Position numbers and translations under genes: made by a program. A DNA stretch of 63,641 bases from positions 1-63,641 of the forward strand of contig JASFYY010000083.1 in assembly GCA_045046875.1 (NCBI GenBank), read 5' to 3'. Shown here piece by piece: positions 53,953-63,641 of this stretch. How positions within the stretch are numbered: the first letter of the stretch is position 1; every line of letters begins with the position of its first letter. The stretch comes from Verrucomicrobiota bacterium (GTDB lineage Bacteria; Verrucomicrobiota; Verrucomicrobiia; Verrucomicrobiales; DEV007). Under the pieces are notes generated by a model. The model was not told the origin of the DNA, searched no databases, and was given only the letters and a program-made list of their open reading frames with translations.

Positions 53953-56898
53953 ATGAAAATCAAAACCCTATTTTTATCAGCCCTGATCACCAGCAGCACT
54001 TTTTTAAACAGCTCTCTTTGCGCTTACGAAAAAGTCGAAACCCTCCCGCCGGGTTTTAAAATGCCCAAGCCACTTCCTCTCGAAAAATCCATCGCCACTG
54101 TAAAAGCGAGTCACGGATTAAAGGTGGAACTAATCGCAGCCGAACCAATGGTTATGGATCCCATCAGCCTGGACTGGGGACCTGACGGCAAATTATGGGT
54201 CGTGGAAATGGCTGACTACCCTCTTGGGCCGGACGGCAAAGGCACACCCGGAGGGCGTGTTCGTTTTCTCGAAGATAGCAACGGTGACGGAAAATACGAC
54301 CGCTCCACCTTGTTCATGGAAGGCCTGCGCTTCCCTACTACCGTCAAAGCCTGGCGCAACGGAGTCATAATTGTCGCCGCTCCGGAAATCTTCTACGCAG
54401 AAGACAGCGACAACGATGGCAAAGCTGATGAAAAAACCATCCTATTCACAGGATTCAAGGAAGGAAACCAACAACACCGGGTGAACACCCTGGCCTGGGG
54501 ACTCGACAACTGGCTGCACCTCGCCAACGGCGACAGTGGCGGCAAAGTAGTCTCTGCAAAAACCGGCAAATCGGTGGAATTAGGCGGGTTTGATCTGCGC
54601 ATCCATCCCGACAGCGGAGATATCGAATTAGAAACCGGCCGCACCCAGAATGGCCGCACCCGAGATGATTGGGGCAACTGGTACGGCTGCAGCAATTCAC
54701 GCCCACTCTACCAATTTGTTCTGCCGGATGCCTGGTTGCGACGCAACCCTCACATCACCTACCCCAGCGCTATCAATCAAGTGCCTGAAGTCCCTACGGT
54801 TCCCCGCATCTACCCTGCCGGCACTCCTGCTGCTCGTTTCAACGTTCCCTCCGCCGCCAACCGCATCACCTCCGCCTGTGGCCTGACCATTCACCGCGAC
54901 CCTCGCCTCGGAGCAGAGTTCAACGGCAACGCTTTTGTCTGCGAACCCGTTCACAATCTGGTTCATCGCGAAGTTTTTGATCCGCTAAAAACCGTCGCGC
55001 GCCACAGTCACCGCGCCAAGGACGAAAGCGAATCCGAATTCCTCAGCTCCACCGACAACTGGTTTCGCCCTACCAGCGCCCACACCGGTCCCGATGGAGC
55101 CCTGTGGGTCACCGACATGCACCGCTACGTGATCGAACACCCGCAGTGGATCCCCGAAGTATGGCAAAAAGCGCTCAATCTGCGCGCAGGATCGGATCGC
55201 GGACGCATCTACCGAGTGGTCTCTGACAAAACCGGCGGCGCTATAGCTCCGATCCTGACTGGAAAAAGCACTGGCGAACTGGTTTCCCTGTTAAGCTCAA
55301 AAAATGCCTGGACCCGAGACACCGCCCACCAGTTATTACTGTGGGAAAACGATCCTTCAGCTTTGCCTCAGCTGGATGAATTATTGCAATCCAGCGAGCA
55401 ACCCCTGGCCAGACTGCACGCGCTTTGTGTGCTCGACGGCTTGAAGCTTCTAAGCTCCCAACACATCTCCAACAGCCTGAAAGATTCCCATCCGGGAGTT
55501 CGTCGTCACGCGCTGCGATTAAGCGAAGCCTTCGCCAAATCCAATCCGGAACTACTGCCTTCTTTATTAAGCCTATCCGATGATGCCGATCCCGATGTTC
55601 AGTTCCAGTTAGCACTTGCCCTCGGCGAATGGCCCGGCAAAAAATCCGGACAGGCTCTCGCCAAACTGGCGCTTGCCCATTCCAAGGATTCTTTTTTTAC
55701 CGCCGCTGCCATGAGCTCTCTTCCCAGTCATTTGGAAAACGTGGCTGAGGCACTGGCAAGCGCGTCTCCAGAACTCGCCTCGCCCCTGCTGCCCTACGTA
55801 TTGGAAACCGCACTCGCCACACAAAACGAGAATGCGGTGATACACATCCTCACGATGGGTGAAAAACAGAATCTCCCCGCACGTTTTTCCATCTACGCTC
55901 ACTTTCTAAAAGTGATGGATCGACGCAAAATCAAGCTCGCTGTTTATCACAAAAAAGCATCGCCTGAGCTGAAAAACGCCCTTGATAACTCTGCCAAACT
56001 TTCCGACACCGCGCGGCAAATAGCCAGCGACCCACAAGCCCCCGTCAATGAGCGCATCGCGGCACTCACCATCCTCGGCCGCAAACCCGAAGATAAAAAA
56101 ACCGACGTCGACCTGCTGGCTTCCCTACTCAGCCCACAATCGCCTACCCCAATCCAAACCGCAGCCAGTTTGCGTCTGGCCGAGTCCGGACAAATCGACA
56201 GCCTGCTCCTCGCTTGGTCGCAAAGCACTCCCTCACTGCGCGCCACCATCGTCAGCCAATGCCTCAACCGAAAAAACGCTACCCTCAAACTTCTGCAAGC
56301 CCTCGAAGACAAAAAAATCGCTAGCTCATCAATAGATGCTGCTGGAAAAGACCGCTTGTTGCGTTATAAAAATGCCGACATCCAAAAACGTGCCAAAAAA
56401 ATATTCGCCGCCGCCAACAACAGCAACCGAGTTGCCATAGTTGAGAAATTCACCCCTAGCCTCAAACTCAAGGGCGATCCCGCCAAGGGCAAAGCCCTCT
56501 TCACCGCACTGTGTTCCGTCTGCCACCAGTTGGGAGATATCGGACGCCACATTGGACCGGATCTAACCGCGCTCTCAGACAACTCTTCCGGCGCATTGCT
56601 CACCGCCATCCTCGATCCCAACCGGGCGATCGAAGACAAATTCCTGCTCTACAGCATCACCCTGAACGGCGGCGAATCGCTGGCAGGAATGATCATCGAA
56701 GAGTCTGGAGGAAGTTTGACCCTGCAAATCCTCGACGGCAGCAAACGCTCCTTGTTACGCAGTGAAATCAAATCGCTCGAATCCGTCGGGCTGTCCGCCA
56801 TGCCCGAAGGACTGGAAGCCGCCCTCGATCCGCAAAAACTCGCTGATGTGATCGCCTTTGTTCAGCAAGCAGCGAAGGAAAAACCAGCCGATCAATAG
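53953..56898 (+). CDS. PVC-type heme-binding CxxCH protein
   Basis: AAEP..DP..WGPDGKLWVVEM.DYP, GNQQH, CSVCH, GPDL, SAMPEG. Confidence 0.92.
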   Translation: MKIKTLFLSALITSSTFLNSSLCAYEKVETLPPGFKMPKPLPLEKSIATVKASHGLKVELIAAEPMVMDPISLDWGPDGKLWVVEMADYPLGPDGKGTPGGRVRFLEDSNGDGKYDRSTLFMEGLRFPTTVKAWRNGVIIVAAPEIFYAEDSDNDGKADEKTILFTGFKEGNQQHRVNTLAWGLDNWLHLANGDSGGKVVSAKTGKSVELGGFDLRIHPDSGDIELETGRTQNGRTRDDWGNWYGCSNSRPLYQFVLPDAWLRRNPHITYPSAINQVPEVPTVPRIYPAGTPAARFNVPSAANRITSACGLTIHRDPRLGAEFNGNAFVCEPVHNLVHREVFDPLKTVARHSHRAKDESESEFLSSTDNWFRPTSAHTGPDGALWVTDMHRYVIEHPQWIPEVWQKALNLRAGSDRGRIYRVVSDKTGGAIAPILTGKSTGELVSLLSSKNAWTRDTAHQLLLWENDPSALPQLDELLQSSEQPLARLHALCVLDGLKLLSSQHISNSLKDSHPGVRRHALRLSEAFAKSNPELLPSLLSLSDDADPDVQFQLALALGEWPGKKSGQALAKLALAHSKDSFFTAAAMSSLPSHLENVAEALASASPELASPLLPYVLETALATQNENAVIHILTMGEKQNLPARFSIYAHFLKVMDRRKIKLAVYHKKASPELKNALDNSAKLSDTARQIASDPQAPVNERIAALTILGRKPEDKKTDVDLLASLLSPQSPTPIQTAASLRLAESGQIDSLLLAWSQSTPSLRATIVSQCLNRKNATLKLLQALEDKKIASSSIDAAGKDRLLRYKNADIQKRAKKIFAAANNSNRVAIVEKFTPSLKLKGDPAKGKALFTALCSVCHQLGDIGRHIGPDLTALSDNSSGALLTAILDPNRAIEDKFLLYSITLNGGESLAGMIIEESGGSLTLQILDGSKRSLLRSEIKSLESVGLSAMPEGLEAALDPQKLADVIAFVQQAAKEKPADQ

Positions 56899-56961
56899 TT
56901 TGCCAATAGTTTTTTTCATTTTACACTGTGCTGTTCAAATTCTGCCAAGCAGACCAGCACC

Positions 56962-58230
56962 GTGTTTCCCCTCAAAGCCACCACCCTCACCTCACTTGCC
57001 TTAAGCTTCCTAGTCGCCAGCTTGAGCTTGCAGCTTCTCGCACCCAGTGCCACTTGCCGGGAGGACACCGCCTACGCCGATCTGACATCCCCTGCCCACC
57101 AGTATTGGACTCGACCGCTCAATGACCCTTTTTCAAAACTCATCCCCGCTTTTGAATCGGGAAAAATAAAACTCGATACCCAAAACCAACTCGCTTTTGT
57201 CACCAGCTTGCTCAAAGCCCTCGACATCCCCGCCTCATCACAAATGCTGGTTTTCTCCACCACCAGCCTGCAGTTGAGCAAAATCTCCCCCCGCAATCCG
57301 CGGGCGCTCTACTTCAACGAAGACCTCTATCTCGGTTACATTCCCGGAGGAAAAATAGAGATCATCTCCATTGACCCTCAACTCGGCGGCATCTTTTATA
57401 TCTTTGAAATCCCACGAGGTCAAGGCACGCCACAACCCCAACGCGCCAAGCGCTGCATGAACTGCCACGCTGATACCGACACCCGCCACGTGCCCGGCCT
57501 GGTGATCAAATCCGTCATCCCCGGCCCCAACGGTGGCAGTCTCAATTCATTCCGCCGCGAGCAAAGCGGTCACCAGATCCCGCTCGAAGATCGTTTCGGC
57601 GGCTGGCATCTCACCGGCGCCGATCCGATCAAAAAACACTGGGGCAACCTGATCGGACAACTCTCTCCCGCTGGTTTGAAAAAACAAATCATCCTGCCTG
57701 GTCAGCTTTTTGATTTCAACAATTACCCACTTGATCGCAGCGACCTGCTGCCACAACTGCTGCACGAACACCAAGTCGGCTTCATCAATCGAGTGGTCGA
57801 AGCTGGCTACAAATACCGCGCTTATCAAAGCAGCGACCAAGCCGGGTTCACCACCTCACATACCAAAGAGATCGAACAAATCACCCATGATCTCGCCCGC
57901 TACCTGCTATTCGCCGACGAAGCACAACTGCCACGAGGCATCCAAGGCGACGCCCGATTCAAAAAAGACTTCCGCACCAAACGCAAAACCCTCGCCAGCG
58001 GAGAATCCCTGAAAGACCTCGACCTCGACCGCCACCTGTTCAAATACCGCTGCTCCTACATGATCTACAGCAACGCCTTCCAAGGCTTGCCCAAAAAATT
58101 CAAACAACAGATCTACCAAAAACTAGGCAAAGCCCTCAGCACCGAAAACCCCGACCCCAATTATTCCTACCTCCCCAGCGCAGAAAAACGCATCATCAAA
58201 AAACTCCTACAAACCACCCTGCCGAAGTGA
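56962..58230 (+). CDS. Secreted c-type cytochrome-like hypothetical protein
   Basis: SQMLVFSTTSLQ..ISPRNPRALYFNE, CMNCH, CSYMIYS. Confidence 0.75.
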   Translation: MFPLKATTLTSLALSFLVASLSLQLLAPSATCREDTAYADLTSPAHQYWTRPLNDPFSKLIPAFESGKIKLDTQNQLAFVTSLLKALDIPASSQMLVFSTTSLQLSKISPRNPRALYFNEDLYLGYIPGGKIEIISIDPQLGGIFYIFEIPRGQGTPQPQRAKRCMNCHADTDTRHVPGLVIKSVIPGPNGGSLNSFRREQSGHQIPLEDRFGGWHLTGADPIKKHWGNLIGQLSPAGLKKQIILPGQLFDFNNYPLDRSDLLPQLLHEHQVGFINRVVEAGYKYRAYQSSDQAGFTTSHTKEIEQITHDLARYLLFADEAQLPRGIQGDARFKKDFRTKRKTLASGESLKDLDLDRHLFKYRCSYMIYSNAFQGLPKKFKQQIYQKLGKALSTENPDPNYSYLPSAEKRIIKKLLQTTLPK

Positions 58231-58459
58231 ACAATCAACATCAATGAGGCATTATTGATGAAAGAAGTTAAGGTTTTGGAATAAAATTCATTACCTTTTT
58301 TTCATTTCTTTTCTTATCCGCGCCCATTTGCCTTCGGGTAGTTTCCTCCGGCCATCATCTGCGATTAACTTCTTCCTCCCCACACCACAATCCCCTCCTC
58401 CCATTTCTTATCCGTGAAATCCGTGCTATCCGTGGTTCCCCATTCAGAATTTCCAACAC

Positions 58460-58499
58460 AAAAAAACGGGTACCTCCGCTTTCACGAAGAGCACCCGTT
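58460..58499 (-). terminator. Terminator of the rhodanese gene
   Basis: Minus strand aacgggtgctcttcg-tgaaag-cggaggtacccgttttttt. Confidence 0.7.
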
Positions 58500-58518
58500 A
58501 ATTTAAGTATCGGTAAAA

Positions 58519-58905
58519 TTAACCTTTGTCGGTTTTTTCACCAGCCTGCAGCCATCCGGAGATGCCAGCTGACATGTGTTTCACGTTAGTGTAACCCAGT
58601 GCTTCAGCAGCTTTAGCCGCTGATTTGTAAGCATTGCAAGAAGGTCCACCACAATAGGCAACGATCAAAGCACCTTTGTCTTTCGGCAACAAAGTAGCAA
58701 GTTTATCGGCATTGGCTTTGAAATCAATCGCAGTAGGAACGTGGCCTTTTTTATAAGACCCGGTTCCCATCACATCAATCACAGTGACTTTACCAGATTT
58801 GATCACTTCTTTCATTTCAGTGATACTGATATCAGGAAACTCTCCGGCGAAAGAGAAGGATGCAGAAACCAGTACACAGGACAGTATAGCGAGGAATTTT
58901 TTCAT
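58519..58905 (-). CDS. Periplasmic rhodanese-like protein
   Basis: Signal peptide; GHVPTA, YCGGPSC, GISGW. Confidence 0.88.
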   Translation of the reverse strand: MKKFLAILSCVLVSASFSFAGEFPDISITEMKEVIKSGKVTVIDVMGTGSYKKGHVPTAIDFKANADKLATLLPKDKGALIVAYCGGPSCNAYKSAAKAAEALGYTNVKHMSAGISGWLQAGEKTDKG

Positions 58906-59069
58906 ATTTTTTTGTTTGGGTTTGTGTTTATTTGCCTTTCAGCAAGCAGTTGGAACCATTATTTTGATCCCGGAACTGGTAAGATTGCCTCAAAAGTCGA
59001 TTTTCACAATCTTTTTTGCAGCTTGCCTACTTATGCTCTATTAAATGACAAGCTTCCCATCCCGTAACC

Positions 59070-59759
59070 ATGCCCGCCGCCATCCAATTTTCATCCCCGC
59101 AAGTCGTCGCCCCCATTTGCAGCGCAGCTGATCTGGACTTCTTATCCAGCACCCCTGCCACACACCACTGTGACCTTATCGAGCTGCGCCTCGACAGCCT
59201 GATCGATCAACTCGACCAAATCGACACCCTGCTCAGTGATCACCATCCCAACTTGCCCATCCTCGCCACCGCCCGCCATCCCGACGAAGGCGGCGACGGC
59301 GCCCTGGATGCAGACGTACGCCAGCAACTCTACGCCCGCTTCCTCCCCCAAATCGACGCTCTCGACATCGAACTGCGCTCCGTCGATGAAATGAGCAAAA
59401 CCCTCGAAGCGGCCCGCTCAGCTGGAAAAAAGATCATTCTCTCCTTTCACGATTTCAAAAGCACCCCATCCATCGCCACCATCCGCAGCAAAATCGATCA
59501 AGCCATCGAAGCCAATGCCGACGTCTGCAAAATCGCCGTCCACCTCGACTCTCTCAGCCGCCTGTGCGAACTCGCCCAAGTCTGCGAAAACGAATCCCGC
59601 ATCCGTATCAGTCTGATGGGCATGGGTCCCCTAGGAAAAATCTCCCGCCTGCTTTTCGCCAAAGCCGGCTCCGTGCTCAACTACGGCTACCTCGCCACCT
59701 CCAACGCCCCCGGCCAATGGCCCGCCAAACAACTAAAAAACCTCATCGGTGAGATATAG
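59070..59759 (+). CDS. aroD: Type I 3-dehydroquinate dehydratase
   Basis: IELRLD, TAR..EGG, DIE, SFHDF..TP, KIA, MGMG..G.ISR, APGQ. Confidence 0.9.
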   Translation: MPAAIQFSSPQVVAPICSAADLDFLSSTPATHHCDLIELRLDSLIDQLDQIDTLLSDHHPNLPILATARHPDEGGDGALDADVRQQLYARFLPQIDALDIELRSVDEMSKTLEAARSAGKKIILSFHDFKSTPSIATIRSKIDQAIEANADVCKIAVHLDSLSRLCELAQVCENESRIRISLMGMGPLGKISRLLFAKAGSVLNYGYLATSNAPGQWPAKQLKNLIGEI

Positions 59760-59801
59760 TCAGAGGTCATTCTGTGCTTCTTGAAGAATAGAAACTTTCA
59801 C
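59760..59801 (-). pseudogene. Truncated RelE/ParE toxin remnant (MKVSILQEAQNDL*)
   Basis: GTG overlaps the antitoxin stop; ParE-like N-terminus stops after 13 codons at the aroD end. Confidence 0.5.
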
Positions 59802-60019
59802 AAAACACGATCAAGAATTTGTTTCTTCGCCTCAGCCCAATCTGTATATTCAGCGTCCCCCTTTTCAACCAGTTCTCGCCTTTCTTTTAAGATCACATCA
59901 TGCCATTCGGGAATAGGTAAGTCTGCACAGTTCTTTGAGAGACTTTCCCAAATAACTTCCATAGCCTCTAATTTCTCTACAGTTGTAAGAGCCTCTATTT
60001 GTTCTGCAACCACGGTCAT
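59798..60019 (-). CDS. Addiction module antitoxin-like protein
   Basis: LTTVEKLEAMEVIWESL, PEWH..IL.ER, DWAEAK. Confidence 0.85.
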   Translation of the reverse strand: MTVVAEQIEALTTVEKLEAMEVIWESLSKNCADLPIPEWHDVILKERRELVEKGDAEYTDWAEAKKQILDRVL

Positions 60020-60801
60020 CCCGTAAATCTAACAAAAATCACTTCAGCCTTCAAGTAAAGATCAGGAAAAATGCCCCTAGCAATCTCTTCAGGAAACTTG
60101 CCTCCAAAATTCAAGACTAAGTCCACCTCTGCTCCAACTGCATTACGATAGAAACACGATCAAGAATTTGTTTTTTCGCAGATATCTGACCTCATTTTAG
60201 CGTCAACGTCCGCTGCCACACTTCCACTTCCCCCTCAATGCCCTCCTCCTCCAGCATTTTCAAAATCTCTTCTTGTCCCGGTTCCACCACCTCCTGCTCA
60301 GCTTTTTGTTTTTCATCCGCAGGATAATCCGGGAACGCTGCGCAGGCCATTGAGATTGTCCATTATCCCTGTAATTAATCTATTTACCTAAATTCCACAG
60401 CAAGCTGCTCCAGCATCTTTTCCAACGGCAACACTCTAACCACCATCCTTCATCTTATAATCTTCATCCCCAGTGTAAATCTGCCGAGCTATCATCCTTG
60501 CATATTTACCATCGCATGGAGGATATGCAGGGATAATGATGAAAATGCAATTTGAACAGGATATACAGGATAAAAATTTAAAATTCCCAAATGATCTTAT
60601 CCTAAAAAAATCCTGTGCATCCCGAATGTTGCCTTCGTTCAGCAAAAGCTCCGGCTGTCTTCGCTTCACTCGGCTCATCCATGTAAACCTCATCCTGCCC
60701 TTTCACCATTATTCTCCCCAAAACACCTCTCGAAGAAACTCTCCTTTTATGTTATAGAAACCCCCTACTTGGAAACTTGAACATAGTTTCTCAAACCGCA
60801 C

Positions 60802-63342
60802 ATGAGCGCCAAAGAAGCCACCGCACGCATCAAAATCAACCATCTGCTCGAAGCGGCCGGTTGGCGGTTTTTTGATGATGAAACTGGCGCGGCCAACATC
60901 TGCCTCGAACCCAAGGTCAAAGTGACCTCGCAGGCGCTCAATGAACTAGGCGAAAACTTTGAAGAATCCTCACGCGGTTTCATTGACTTTCTCCTACTAG
61001 ACTCAAAAGGCTTCCCCCTCATCGTCCTCGAAGCCAAATCCGAAAGCAAGTCCCCGCTGGTAGGAAAAGAGCAAGCTCGTAAATATGCTCGTTCGCAAAA
61101 CTGCCGTTTCATCATTCTATCAAACGGCAATCTCCATTATTTCTGGGATCTCGATCGGGGAAATCCCTATGTCATCACCACCTTTCCCACACCCCTGTCA
61201 GTCGGCACTTATGCAAAAACCACACCTGACACCCAACGCCTCGTCGATGAAAAAATCGATGATGATTACATCACTTTGACCCAACGACCTGGCTACGCTT
61301 CGGAAGCCGCCTGGATCAATGAATCGGAACGCCCCGCTTTCATCGAAGCCAATAAGTTGCGCTTCCTTCGTCCTTATCAAAAAAAAGCGGTTCATGCACT
61401 ACAAAGCGCAGTGAAGAATGGCGGTGACCGCTTCTTGTTTGAGATGGCAACCGGAACAGGCAAAACTCTGATCGCCGCCGCCGTGATCAAACTTTTTCTG
61501 CGCTCTGGAAACGCCCAGCGCGTGCTCTTTCTCGTCGACCGACTCGAACTCGAAAACCAAGCTCGTGACGCGTTCAAATTCCTCTTAGCCAACGACTACC
61601 AAACGATTGTTTACAAAGAAAACCGTGACGACTGGCGACGGGCGGAAATTGTCGTCACCACTGTTCAGTCACTGTTGTTCAATAACAAATACCAATCGCT
61701 GTTTTCTCCCACCGATTTTGATCTCATCATCTCGGACGAAGCCCATCGCTCGATCTCAGGCAATGCCCGTGCCGTATTTGAATACTTCGTCGGAGCTAAA
61801 CTTGGACTCACCGCCACACCACGCGACTACCTCAAGCGTTTTAACAAAGACAAACCCACCACCAAAGACCCACGCGAACACGAGAGACGCCTCCTGCTCG
61901 ACACCTACCGCACCTTTGGGTGTGCAGACAGCCAGCCCACTTTTCGTTACTCGCTGCTCGACGGAGTCAAAGACGGTTTCCTCATCAACCCCACCGTCAT
62001 CGATGCACGAACCGACATCACCACCGAGCTGCTATCGGAAAAAGGTTTTGTCGTCGAGTTCACCGATGATGATGGTGAAGACCAGAAAGAAACCTACCAA
62101 CAACGCGAATTTGAAAAACGCTTTTTCTCCGATGCCACTAACGAGCTGCTTTGCAAAACCTTCCTCAAACATGCCTACCGGGATCCCATCAGTGGGGAAA
62201 TTGGTAAGTCCATCATTTTTGCCGTTAGCCAGGCGCATGCCGCCAAGCTCACCCAGATTTTGAACATCATGGCAGATAAGATGTTTCCGGGGAAATACCA
62301 ATCCGATTTCGCTGTTCAGGTCACCTCCCAGATTTCCGACGCCCAGCAGTTCACCCTCAACTTTGCCAACAACAACCTGCTCGGCTCCGCCAACATTCTC
62401 GATAGTTATAAAAGCAGCAAAGCCCGGATTTGCATCACCGTTGGCATGATGACCACTGGTTACGATTGCCCTGATTTGCTTAATATCGGCCTGTTTCGCC
62501 CGATCTTTTCTCCAACTGATTTTATCCAAATCAAAGGACGAGGAACTCGCAAACACTGCTTCCTGGAAAACCTCCACGATGCAGAACACGCTGCCTCCGT
62601 CGAAAACCCTGACAAAACCGCATTCAAGCTGTTCGACTTTTTTGCCAACTGTGAATACTTCGAAGAAGAATTCAACTACGACGAAGTGATCAAACTTCCC
62701 AAGGGAAAAGCATCTGGAGGAGATGATGGAGGAACAGGCGGCGGTGGTGTTTACGGCGGCACTTACGAACATGAAGGGCCGGATATCATTTCCACTATCG
62801 ATGAAGAAGCCATTGGCAGCCAGGGCATGAAAATCGACCGCATGTTCTTCGAGAAATTCGAGGACAGCATCAAGGACAATCAATTTATAACTGCCAGCGT
62901 CGAAGCCGGAGACTGGGAACGTGTCATCGATTACATCAACAAGGAAGTTTTCGATAAACCAGAGGAATACTACAGCCTCGACAAACTGCGCCAAGCTGCC
63001 GCCGTTGACCGCCGCCTCACCCTGCGTGAAATCCTTGAAAAAGTCTTTGGCCTGATCCCGGATTTCAAATCCAAAGATCAATTGCTCGAAGAAGAATTTG
63101 CCAAATTCGTCTTGGACTACAAACCCGATGAAGCCAAGGCCATGCCAGCTATCAAAAACTACTTCAAAGCTTACGCCACCAACCAAATTATCCGCAACAT
63201 CATTGAAAGCAAAGAATTCACCCAGCTGGCTACCAACCCGGTTTTTTCCACCCGCGATTTGAAGGCGGTGCCAGAGAAATACCGCAACCTCATTCCAGAA
63301 TACATCAAAGACTACGTCTCCTTGAACCAATTTGCAGCTTAA
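60802..63342 (+). CDS. hsdR: Type I restriction endonuclease R subunit (EcoAI/EcoEI-like)
   Basis: EATARIKI..L..AGW, D..LEAK nuclease, MATGTGKT, DEAHRS, GLTATP, MMTTGYD, QIKGRGTR. Confidence 0.88.
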   Translation: MSAKEATARIKINHLLEAAGWRFFDDETGAANICLEPKVKVTSQALNELGENFEESSRGFIDFLLLDSKGFPLIVLEAKSESKSPLVGKEQARKYARSQNCRFIILSNGNLHYFWDLDRGNPYVITTFPTPLSVGTYAKTTPDTQRLVDEKIDDDYITLTQRPGYASEAAWINESERPAFIEANKLRFLRPYQKKAVHALQSAVKNGGDRFLFEMATGTGKTLIAAAVIKLFLRSGNAQRVLFLVDRLELENQARDAFKFLLANDYQTIVYKENRDDWRRAEIVVTTVQSLLFNNKYQSLFSPTDFDLIISDEAHRSISGNARAVFEYFVGAKLGLTATPRDYLKRFNKDKPTTKDPREHERRLLLDTYRTFGCADSQPTFRYSLLDGVKDGFLINPTVIDARTDITTELLSEKGFVVEFTDDDGEDQKETYQQREFEKRFFSDATNELLCKTFLKHAYRDPISGEIGKSIIFAVSQAHAAKLTQILNIMADKMFPGKYQSDFAVQVTSQISDAQQFTLNFANNNLLGSANILDSYKSSKARICITVGMMTTGYDCPDLLNIGLFRPIFSPTDFIQIKGRGTRKHCFLENLHDAEHAASVENPDKTAFKLFDFFANCEYFEEEFNYDEVIKLPKGKASGGDDGGTGGGGVYGGTYEHEGPDIISTIDEEAIGSQGMKIDRMFFEKFEDSIKDNQFITASVEAGDWERVIDYINKEVFDKPEEYYSLDKLRQAAAVDRRLTLREILEKVFGLIPDFKSKDQLLEEEFAKFVLDYKPDEAKAMPAIKNYFKAYATNQIIRNIIESKEFTQLATNPVFSTRDLKAVPEKYRNLIPEYIKDYVSLNQFAA

Positions 63343-63359
63343 GCCCTTTAATTTCACCT

Positions 63360-63389
63360 GCCAATTGTGGCGAATCTGCCACAATTGGC
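63360..63389. other. Inverted repeat between hsdR and the KilA-N gene
   Basis: gccaattgtggc-gaatct-gccacaattggc. Confidence 0.7.
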
Positions 63390-63413
63390 TACAATCGCCA
63401 AACCCCTGTTAAA

Positions 63414-63641
63414 ATGAATCCTATAAAAAACTCCACTTTTGAGGTCAAAGGCACAGCGATCAAAACCCTGCAACAGAACGAACAAGACTACATCTCCATC
63501 ACTGATATTGCACACTACAAGGACTCTGAACGTAGCGACTACCTCATATCAAATTGGCTCCGAAACCGCAATACGATCGAATTCCTTGGAATCTGGGAGA
63601 AGCTCAACAATCCTAATTTTAATCCCATCGAATTCGATGGG
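63414..63641 (+). CDS. KilA-N domain protein (3'-truncated)
   Basis: DYISITDIA...NWLRNRNTIEFLGIWE..NNPNFNPIEFDG. Confidence 0.88.
   Translation, partial: MNPIKNSTFEVKGTAIKTLQQNEQDYISITDIAHYKDSERSDYLISNWLRNRNTIEFLGIWEKLNNPNFNPIEFDG

Noticed and set aside
62032..63384. 450 aa minus-strand ORF
   Set aside because: Antisense shadow of hsdR with no recognisable motifs.

Overview
The window has two parts. (1) Bases 1-~40286 are a near-complete temperate, lambda-like siphovirus prophage. It runs from the 3' end of a tyrosine integrase through a divergent switch made of two ribbon-helix-helix-like genes, a BRO antirepressor, ParB, primase and helicase, HNH, gpA-type terminase, portal, S49 protease, scaffold and capsid. 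Next come the tail genes (interrupted by a HigBA toxin-antitoxin moron), a glycosyltransferase-like/methyltransferase pair and an M15 endolysin lysis cassette. It ends at attR, the 3' half of an initiator tRNA-Met followed by the host terminator. (2) Bases ~40290-63641 are host chromosome, probably Verrucomicrobiota (PVC-type CxxCH proteins, PVC-style intergenic repeats). This part holds a SulP-carbonic anhydrase fusion, a squalene-hopene-cyclase-like cluster, cysteine desulfurase, a GntR locus, aroD, an orphan antitoxin and the start of a type I restriction-modification locus. The most unusual signals are in the prophage: (a) a TTTGAC-N14-16-start motif that restarts late genes directly after terminators, which sigma70 geometry cannot explain; (b) a catalytically dead DnaQ-like exonuclease among the neck genes; (c) duplicated mini tail-tube genes plus duplicated tail chaperones that may replace the usual gpG/gpGT frameshift; (d) degenerate copies of the phage's own helicase domains in the early operon; (e) a repeated perfect 26-bp palindrome; (f) a capsid protein with a hydrophobic leader and an inserted beta-domain. 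All family calls come from reading motifs by eye; no database searches were run.
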